Below are positions 55,849-64,000 of a stretch of DNA of 64,000 bases, one piece after another. Positions within the stretch are counted from its first letter, which is position 1; each line of letters starts with the position of its first letter. Under the pieces are notes generated by a model that was not told where the DNA came from, did no database searches, and worked only from the letters and a program-made list of their open reading frames with translations. Both the position numbers and the translations under genes were made by a program. The stretch lies in contig OZ025655.1 of NCBI GenBank assembly GCA_964019335.1, positions 434,001-498,000 on the forward strand, written 5' to 3'. The DNA comes from Diplonema japonicum (Eukaryota > Protista > Euglenozoa: Diplonemea).

Positions 55849-56712
55849 TTACTCTAGATTCTTAACCCAGTCAGCAATAGCATCTGTGAACACAGCGGGT
55901 TCTTGGGCGTGGAGCCAGTGCCCTGCATCTGGGATGGAGAAATGATCATTATTAGGAAAGTGAGCATCAAAGGCAGGACCATCACGTTCCATTTTGACGT
56001 ATGGCGATTTCCCTCCTGTCATAATGAACGTGGGGAGGGAGTTGGGGGTCAGGTCTTTGGCCTTGAAGCTGACCAGCTCGCCATTGGAGACTGCATCCTC
56101 TAAGACATCAAGGTTCGCCCTCCATTCTGTTTTCTTCTCCCTCACGTTCCTCCTCAGGTTTGTCAGCAAAAACTGACGCACACCCCTGTGCTCGACACCA
56201 TGAGCTTCCAGGTATTTATCAGCAAGGTCTAAGTCGGCCATGACCTCAGGAGGCATATCTCTGAGGTATCTTATGTACGACAAAGAGTGCGAGGCTGCCT
56301 TTCGCTTGACATCGTAATAGTTGATAGGAGCAATGTCTGCTACTATAAGCCCATGGTAGTGTTCCGGGTGGAGCAGGGCAGCTTTCATAGCTGCCTTCCC
56401 GCCCAGGGAGTGCCCCAGTACAATCGCTTGGGTCTGGAGCTGTTCATCCACGAATTTTGTAACATCATGTGCCATGTGTTCCAGTGTCATCTCAGGAGTG
56501 TGCGGGCTGCTGCCGTGGTTGCGCAGATCCACACAGTGCACCTCTCGTCCTGTCTTCTCAGCCAACATCCTCCCCGGGGTCCTCCAGTTATTCATATTCC
56601 CCAACATCCCATGCATTACGACGAACGGTGCCAGCCCTGTGTCTTCCTTCGGCTTCATCGTGATGCTAGCCAGCTCCACCGCGTACCTTGCTATGCGCGT
56701 TCGATTCAACAT
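55849..56712 (-). CDS. ABHD11: Alpha/beta hydrolase, ABHD11/YbfF esterase family, probably mitochondrial
   Basis: HGMLG, VDLRNHGSSPH, GHSLGGK, VADIAP, RQFLLTNL, AGHWLHAQEP; Arg-rich N-terminus MLNRTRIAR. Confidence 0.88.
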   Translation of the reverse strand: MLNRTRIARYAVELASITMKPKEDTGLAPFVVMHGMLGNMNNWRTPGRMLAEKTGREVHCVDLRNHGSSPHTPEMTLEHMAHDVTKFVDEQLQTQAIVLGHSLGGKAAMKAALLHPEHYHGLIVADIAPINYYDVKRKAASHSLSYIRYLRDMPPEVMADLDLADKYLEAHGVEHRGVRQFLLTNLRRNVREKKTEWRANLDVLEDAVSNGELVSFKAKDLTPNSLPTFIMTGGKSPYVKMERDGPAFDAHFPNNDHFSIPDAGHWLHAQEPAVFTDAIADWVKNLE

Positions 56713-56817
56713 TTCTTTTTTTTATTCTTTCTTTTATTTTTGTTGAAATCGGACAACGAGAAAAAAAAAGAGGAGGAGGAGGAGGGGGAAAGAATTGCTG
56801 GTAAGCAACGTGTGGTT

Positions 56818-57879
56818 TTACTTGATGACAACCCCGCTCTTACGTCGGATATTAGGGAGCAGCCCCATCGTGCTGCGGATGAGGCGTGACTTGCGACGGT
56901 AGTGGTCGCTTATAGAGGCACGGGAAGTGCGGGTTCTGAAGACAACTGGGTGTTCCGAGTTAGCAAAAGGAGGCTCGGGGCTGAAGGGTTCCATCATCGA
57001 GGCTTTTTTAGTAGGGGGTTTTATCACAGGGGTCATCGGGGAGCGGGGCGTAATATCGAGTATGGATGCCCGGCGGCGTTCGACGGCCGCCTTCCAGAAA
57101 ACCTGGATCTTCTTCGCTTTCTTATGGAAGTCTGCAACTGCCGCCGGAAACCGTGTGACCAACAAGCAGCCTTTCAAGGCGTGCTTCACGATGTCGGCAG
57201 CCTTTTCCAACACAAACCACTGCACACCAAGATGCTTGACATGCAGGCTTGGGAATTTCACCTTGAACACAGCTTCATTCTTCTTGGATTCCCTGATCGC
57301 CACCGGCGTGTGGAAAACGTGCTTCGATTTCGGCCCCGCGTTGCTGCTCTCGCTCTGGCCCACAAAAACACGAAGCAAACACGGGTACGCAGTATCACCC
57401 GTTTTACTCGGAGTGATGACCTGAAAGATAATATTTGGTTGGAACCGGAACTCAGTCACCGTGAAACAGCCAGCATGCGGAGGGGAGCACACCTTAACAA
57501 CCCCTGTGATGAAGGCACGTTGGCAGTCGAATAAAAAGGTGCAGGTTTCTGGAAAATACAGCATTCCGGCCTTGTGCACCGGAACGCACGAGGACCATGA
57601 CAGAGACACGGTGCAAGGGTCCATCAGGTTTGCAACCCACGACCAATGGGAGTTGACCCCGACAGTGGTGCCTCCTCTTGTGAACAAGTACAGCAAGCAT
57701 GGCCAGCACTCTTCGACGCGAACCTCTGCGTCTTGGATCTTCCCCAGCTGGTCATTGAACGACCGCTTCCTTGGGGACACTAACGACGGCACCTGCAGAG
57801 GACTACTCAACTCATTCTGCAACCCGCATGGAGACGGTGTTCTTATGACAGGCAAGTGGAATAGAGCGAGATACCGCAT
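56818..57879 (-). CDS. Hypothetical protein (~353 aa) with an IQ-like motif
   Basis: ATG at 57879 (MRYLALF); AKKIQVFWKAAVERRR. Confidence 0.65.
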   Translation of the reverse strand: MRYLALFHLPVIRTPSPCGLQNELSSPLQVPSLVSPRKRSFNDQLGKIQDAEVRVEECWPCLLYLFTRGGTTVGVNSHWSWVANLMDPCTVSLSWSSCVPVHKAGMLYFPETCTFLFDCQRAFITGVVKVCSPPHAGCFTVTEFRFQPNIIFQVITPSKTGDTAYPCLLRVFVGQSESSNAGPKSKHVFHTPVAIRESKKNEAVFKVKFPSLHVKHLGVQWFVLEKAADIVKHALKGCLLVTRFPAAVADFHKKAKKIQVFWKAAVERRRASILDITPRSPMTPVIKPPTKKASMMEPFSPEPPFANSEHPVVFRTRTSRASISDHYRRKSRLIRSTMGLLPNIRRKSGVVIK

Positions 57880-58015
57880 AGTCGTGGGATGAGCATTCTC
57901 ACAGCCGTGTTGTTCCCCTCCTTTGTATAAAATATATAAAATAAAAATAGAAATAGAAACGAAAAAAAAGAGAATAGTTTTTCTTTTTTTTTTTTTTTTT
58001 TTTGATTCCCGATCC

Positions 58016-58966
58016 TCAATTACCACCCGAGCGTTGTGATGCTGACGGGGGCCTGAAACCGTTAGCAGGGATGTTCTCAGGGTGGTAGTACTCAATAGGG
58101 TCGCGGAAGATGCGTTTCGTGCCGAATTGTTTCACGTAAGTCTGGTCGTTCTTCTTCCCTGTGAGGGACATGTGATATGTGGTTTCGTCATCGAAACAAG
58201 AGTCAGCGTTGATGCTAGGGGGGCAGATTGCAATGCAACTCGTCACCCTGCGAAGGATCTCAGGGTGTCTCTCGAGCTCCGCTCCAGCAGTATTGTGGTC
58301 GAGCTTCCCTTCAAGTTTCAGCGTCATAAGTTCCAGCAACATCCGCTCGGTGAGACGATTGTCACCATCTTCAATTTTGGCATGGGTGTCGTGTTCGGAT
58401 GGGTCCTTCGCCATATCCTCTACCATTTCAAAGGAATGGATTCTATCAGCAAGGGAGTGAAGTGTGTCTTGTTCAACAAGATCCATAGGTTTGTTGTGTG
58501 TGTCGGCCCATTTCTCTATGCTCAAAACGCTGTTGGAAGGTATGCCCATACGTTGCATAGTGTCCCTGTGGGTGTTTTTACATAGGATTTTTTCTTTAAG
58601 GTACTATACTTGTAAGAAAGGTATTGTCGTTGTTGGTAAAGTTCCATTCGCAGGGCGTGGGTGACCTCTTCTGGGTTGACGGTCGCTTTCGTCGCATGTT
58701 CCTTTTCGATGCGGTTCATTTCATTGTAATATTCTTCAGCATCTAACCGGGAGGAGCGGTCCATCAACTCTCTTATAACCACCTCTTCACCTCGTACGCT
58801 GCCGCTGTACCCTCTGGCGTAGGCCACTTCTTTGTAATTATTATTTCGTTCTTTCTGTGGTTACGTAGTTGTTGTTGTTGTTGTTGTTGAATACCTCCCA
58901 CGTTCTCGGGTCTGAATAGGCCTTATTCGCAGTTCTCTGCACCTGCTTTCGCATACCTGCGCCCAT
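58016..58966 (-). CDS. Hypothetical protein (~290 aa), 2 introns
   Basis: MGAGMRKQ...RTWE|KERNNNYKEVAYARG...LSYK|DTMQRMG... joined by GTATT...ACAG and GTATA...ACAG introns. Confidence 0.75.
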
Positions 58967-59398
58967 TTTTTTTTCCTTTTTCTTTTTGCTCTCACTCTAT
59001 TTCTCCCTCTTTATATAAGGTTGTGGGAAGAGCGAGGGGGAAAGGAAATGCGCCGAAAGAAAAGAAAAAAAAAGTTCACTGTGATGGAGGGAAAGTACCC
59101 CACCAAGTAAAAAGAAAAAAGGGATGGGGAGGGTTGTTTTTAAAAAGAAAAGAGAACATACTATCACGGGTAAAAAAAAAAAATAAAACATTTAAAAAAA
59201 ATTGTGAGGGAACAGTAAAAAAAAAAAAAAAAAAAAAAAAAATCGGCGCAGCGCGAAGTGGAACGAAGGAAAAATAAATAACAAAAAAAAACACACACAC
59301 ACACACATCAATCCTTCAAAAAATTAAAAATAATTCTCTCCCTTTATAAAAATAAAAAGAACACTATAAAAAAAAAAACACTAGCGGACGAACAAGGG

Positions 59399-59433
<35 letters not shown>

Positions 59434-59444
59434 ACCAGCATCAT

Positions 59445-60909
59445 CTACCCAAGCACCCTGCTGAAGAAGATGATGGAACTGAAGAGGGTCATGAAGGCAA
59501 CCATGAGGTAGATGGGCTCCCAGAGAAGATCCTTCGTCCCGAACTTGAATGTAACCTGAAGCTCCTCGGACCGCTCAGGAGAAGCGAGGGTGGAGTCCTT
59601 GAGGACGATGACGGTGCGACCAGAGTAGTCAAGGTATGTGCTGCGGTATTCCACGTCGAAATCGGTAATAACCTTCCCGCCGACCTTGACTTCAGGGACA
59701 GGAACACCTTCAGGGAGGATGACTTCCACAACCATGTCGTCAACCCAAAGGTCCTTAACAGGCGAGGCGAAGGGAACAGTGAGCTTGTTCTCAGCACCAT
59801 TGTGTGTCAGAGCATGTTCGAGGGGGAGGTTGTACCCGAAGTAGAATCTTGTCTTCCAACCTCCGAAGAGCGGGAACCTCTGTGTGAAGATAACCTCCCT
59901 AGTCTTGGAGGACCTATCGGCGTGTCCAACAGTCGAAGTTGAAATGTTACCAATGTCATCTCTGAAGTAAATGTCCGTCGCCGCTTGAGGGAGATGAGCG
60001 TGAAGAGATGTGAAGGAGCTTGGTGCAGAGTGACCGGGCCTCTTGTAGTCCAGCCTGCTGAACGTGCCCTTCAGCTTGGCACCATGGTTCTCAATGGCGT
60101 ACCATTCCTCAACAGCAAGGTTGCCCCACATGGACACCTCGATCACCCTCCTCAACGTCACCGCCTTCATGAAAGGCTTGTTGTTCATGAAGTGTACTCT
60201 AAGGGGGCCTTGCTTCATGGGCTCGACTTCTTTGTACTCACCAAAGACAATAGTGTCGCCCCTCTGAATGACAGGAGGGGGCACTTTGCTGTAGCTCTCA
60301 ACAGTACCAGAGGCGAGCTTTGCAGTGGTGGTTTGCTTCCCCGTTGCGTACGGCGACAGGAAGTACACGTTGTCGTTGTAGTCAACGAACTGCGACTCGC
60401 CCTGCTTCACTGTGGTGTGTAGTGATGGTTACGGGTTATGGGTATACCAACTGGTGGGAAGGGCCTCAGAGAGTTGACCATAGACCTCCTCAGCTTCAGC
60501 GTCACGGACGCCTTGTTGGCGATCTTCGTCTTCAGCTTCGCTGTGTAGTACACGTTGCCACCCTTGCGGGATGTCTCGGTGATCGGGATTTCTTGCTTGT
60601 CGACTTTAACGCTGGAAAAAGTGGAAAGTGGTTCACTTGAATTGGGGAAAGAAATACCTCAACTTTGCAATGCGTGTCACGTTGGACTCCGGGACCACGA
60701 ACAGGTACTCGTCTGTCGCTTCTTCGTTGTTGAATGCCGTGACTGTTTTTTGTGTTTTTTTTTTTTTCTTCTTTTTTTTTTCTTTGCGTACCCGTAGTCG
60801 TGCTCCTCACAATCGCGTTGCTCAAGTCCAGCTTCCTTTCCACATTGCTGTTTAGCCACCCAGAGGCCGCCGTCGCCAGGCAGCACACCACTAGCCCCAA
60901 ACTTCTCAT
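59445..60909 (-). CDS. RPN1: Ribophorin I, oligosaccharyltransferase subunit OST1; 3 introns
   Basis: Signal peptide, NVERKLDLS, RVIEVSMWGNLAVEE, GAKLKGTFSRLDY, YFRDDIGNISTS, RFPLFGGWKT, VILPEG, TYLDYSGR, C-terminal EP+TM. Exons join in frame. Confidence 0.95.
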
Positions 60910-61019
60910 CTTTTTCTTTTTATTGTTGCCCCCCTTTTGTGTTTCCCCATTTTTTTCTCCCCCATGTAAAAAACAACAAAAAAAAAAGAATGGAGGAGGG
61001 AAAAGGGAGTTACAAGGGG

Positions 61020-61057
<38 letters not shown>

Positions 61058-61093
61058 ACAATTTCTTTTTTTTTTTTCTTTCTTCGTCGCCTT

Positions 61094-61594
61094 CTAACCA
61101 TAGGTGGTGCTCGACATGGTAGGCGACGCGGTGCGGCGATCTGGTTGTTCTGGAAGGGAGACGCCCGAAGGTGGGTTGTACAGCTCACCCTGTTCTGGTG
61201 AGTTTATAGACTGGTCGCGGGGTTGGTTCCACTCTGCTAGTCGAGCTGCTACTGAATCAAAACGGATGCCTTCTATCCGCTTGTCGATGTAACCTTGGTG
61301 GTCTATCATTTGCTGGCGGTACTGAGTGGCGAGTTGCTTTTGGTAGTTCATGACTCTGGTCTCTAGTTCCTTGACCCTGCGCATGACGCTGTCTCGTTCC
61401 CCTGCCCACCCTTCTCTTTCTTTCTCGATCCTGACGCAGAGCTGCTGGTACCTCCATTCGTCCTCGCTCTTTCTCTGTTTCCTGTTCATGCAATCCAACA
61501 CCACTACTACTGCCACCGTTGCGATGCTGTTCGCGATGAGACACATCAACATGTGGGTGTCCACTGCCACAGGGTCAGCGTACACATCGTTCAT
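61094..61594 (-). CDS. Hypothetical single-TM + coiled-coil protein (~166 aa)
   Basis: MNDVYADP...LIANSIATVAVVVVL (TM), then heptad-rich region. Confidence 0.65.
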   Translation of the reverse strand: MNDVYADPVAVDTHMLMCLIANSIATVAVVVVLDCMNRKQRKSEDEWRYQQLCVRIEKEREGWAGERDSVMRRVKELETRVMNYQKQLATQYRQQMIDHQGYIDKRIEGIRFDSVAARLAEWNQPRDQSINSPEQGELYNPPSGVSLPEQPDRRTASPTMSSTTYG

Positions 61595-61760
61595 GTTTGC
61601 AGGAACAGAGAGAGAGAAAAGTAAAAAGCCCCTCCCCTCTCTACCCACCCACACCCAACCTTCTTCCTTCCCTCGACTTTGATTTTCTATAAAAAAAAAA
61701 AAAAAAAAAGACTCGATAACAATAAACAACACTGGACTGGACTGACGTACGGTATAAATA

Positions 61761-61791
<31 letters not shown>

Positions 61792-61798
61792 AGGAAGC

Positions 61799-61860
61799 TC
61801 AGTCCTGTCTTTTAACCCAACCGGGAAGTGCTTCATCGTCGTCATCCGTCTGTGCAGTTT

Positions 61861-61892
<32 letters not shown>

Positions 61893-63287
61893 CTTTCTGT
61901 AAAAAGAACAAACCTGCAAATGCATCTTCCCCATAAGACCCGTTTTCTTGTATTGCTCTTCACTCAGTTGGGCCACCTCGTCCTCAGACATGTTTGAGGT
62001 TTCATCAACAATGGTGTACTTCGCTTCCTTTTTGCGGTCGAGGAAGGAGACCTCTGGCTCTGTAAAGAGGCGGCCGATGACAGACACAGGGACGGGACGG
62101 AGGATGCTGTGGTTCCTAGCGATCATACTGTCTACGTAGATGCTGTTTCGCATTCCGATGGACACCGACTGCATCACATTTGTTGCAAGGACTGAGTTCG
62201 TGGCCATCTGAGACAGCTCAGTCCCGAGAACGGTGTCGGTGTCAAGACACCCTTCGATACCAGCAAGGATCTTCTCATCCCTTACAGCGTGTGTGTTTTG
62301 CATAAATTGTGCGTAGGCCTCAGCCAGTCCGTTGTAAGCTACTTTATATTGCGACGTCCACTTTGATATCATAGTGTCCTTCGATTCATTGAGGAAGTCC
62401 AAGCACTTCAACAAGACGGATTCGTAATACATGGACATGTATGTGTTATACATGTAGTAGTTGTTTAAATGTTTCGATGCTTGCATGAGCGAGCGACCGA
62501 AGTGGTATAGTTCCGGTGCGGGGCGGAGGACAACGTTTGAGAGCAGCCTGTCGACGGCCTCCTCCATCATCACGCAGTTTTGAAACCCGAGCGCAACATT
62601 CTTCGACAATTTATTAATGTCGGTGATCCTAGCATGGTTGATGTACCTTTGTTCCCGCCCTTCGTGGTCGTACGTTGAGAGGGGTCTCGTCGTGATGGAC
62701 CCCAGGTTGTTCTCCTTAACAAAGTCGAAGATGGTTTTTGTGTAGTCATCCGCCATTTTTGTTAGGAGCGCGCCACGTTCTGTGAGGTTGAAGGGCTGCA
62801 TTACCAAACGAAACCTGTGCCCTTCACCCCCGGCGTTCTTCGCGGCCTTCATAACAAGCCTCATATCAATGAAATGTTTTGTCTCGCTCCCGCCCCATAG
62901 CCTGTCGCTCTCCACACCGTAGTACTGCAGCATCCCTTCGTCTGCCATGGTCTCCATGCACTTAAAAGCTTCTGTAAGGTATGTGACAATGTCATCGTCA
63001 GTCTTGCAAATGGCATGTACCATGTGGACTGCATCGATAACCACCACATCGACGCAGTCGGTGCCACCTGATAGGATGGACTCTACTTGTGACCTTAGTA
63101 CGTGGTCCGCGGCACTCCAGTAGGACCCGAGCTTCTTGTTCACCGTGATCAGTCCCGAGAGCTTGAAGAGCGCGCCTTCGCTGAGCTTCTCGATATCCAA
63201 GGAAGGCTGCCCGGGGATGTAGAAACGATATTTCCTGTTCATGGCGTCACCGATGGCCTGCGGGTTCATCGACATGGCGGAGGAAGA

Positions 63288-63324
<37 letters not shown>

Positions 63325-64000
63325 TATTATTAAATAGATGAAACCCGCAATCATACCGAGTTCATCAGACTAACGTGCCCCGGGGGGTTCACTTGCGCAG
63401 TGGTGAATTCTCGGCTGTATGTGCTGAGTCTGTTTTTTTTTTTTTTTTTCTCTTTTTTTTTTTCCCTTCTCATACTCGCGTGAGTTTGGAAGCTTGGTGA
63501 AATCGGGGGTGACACAATTGATTTCCGCCCATACGTCAAAAGTGACCCAACCAACGCGCCCGATGCTAACGATGCCTGTTCGTGAAACGGATTTGTTGGT
63601 GGTGACCTGTGTGAGAGCGCTGTAGAAGCAGGAGACGGACGTGTTATCAGTCGCACTGAACTCGATGGTGTTTACCCCTGATGTGATGGATCGCATGATG
63701 GATGGAACATGGGCAGGGTTTTTAGGGTCCATGCGCTTTGCAGCATGTGTCAGAGCGCTGATGTAGAGATCCGTTCCGGGAAGCTTTCGGACCCAGTTCT
63801 GATCGATGCTGATGCCCCGGTCCTCAAAAAAAAGTTTTGTGCCCCTTTCTGTCGCCTTTCCCAAGAGTTCGTGCATTTCCGATTTCTCTGCACCCATGTT
63901 CACAAACTCTTCCTTTGTTTCGTCCCATGTCTTGCTGTCCTCGCCTTTCAACCTTCTGTCTCTAAGGTTTTGAAAACCCTTCTCCCTCTCCATATCTGCA
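61799..64000 (-). CDS. Divergent aldo-keto reductase-fold protein, 5' end outside window; >=3 introns
   Basis: RKLPGTDLYISAL, SGVNTIE, QVESIL...CVDVVVID, EAFKCME...EGMLQYYGV, HRFRLVMQPFNLTE, ITTRPL, VSIGMR follow the AKR barrel pattern. Last exon TDDDDEALPGWVKRQD*. Confidence 0.65.

Noticed and set aside
266-63341. All plus-strand ORFs in the track (e.g. 1748-2272, 19441-20304, 20811-21761, 50760-51635)
   Set aside because: They overlap well-supported minus-strand genes as antisense shadows or translate homopolymers; none has a recognisable motif.
1-64000. Spliced-leader RNA gene or rRNA
   Set aside because: No euglenozoan SL exon-like sequence (…TTTCTGTACTTTATTG) or rRNA motifs noticed on either strand by eye.

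Overview
Eukaryotic nuclear DNA, most likely from a diplonemid or related free-living euglenozoan (inference). About 26 protein genes lie head-to-tail, all on the minus strand, as in a polycistronic directional gene cluster. Unlike trypanosomatid genes, many carry very short (about 31-68 nt) GT-AG introns with GTAT(G) donors and A/C-rich 3' ends, which explains the fragmented ORF track. Recognisable genes: SF3B3, BMS1, ribophorin I (RPN1), type-B carboxylesterase, purple acid phosphatase, cytochrome b5, ABHD11-like hydrolase, an ECK1/CDKL kinase, an atypical thioredoxin and an aldo-keto-reductase-like protein. Unusual architectures: Pol-beta 8-kDa lyase domain + PADR1 zinc finger; MAP10-type C2 + 17 Tudor/Agenet-like repeats; signal peptide + PAN/apple + TM + STE11-type kinase; secreted Ig-like/RCC1 protein; multi-C2 + Kelch. 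Most spacers are short homopolymer tracts. Four longer ones (about 3.05-5.28, 31.7-33.8, 36.3-36.9 and 40.7-43.8 kb) hold a Mutator/foldback-like element, several MITE-like inverted repeats and short repeated hairpin modules. The non-Watson-Crick pairs in several of these modules are mostly G-U on the plus strand, antisense to all mRNAs. These modules are the best candidate for an undescribed system here, but nothing in the sequence proves they are expressed.
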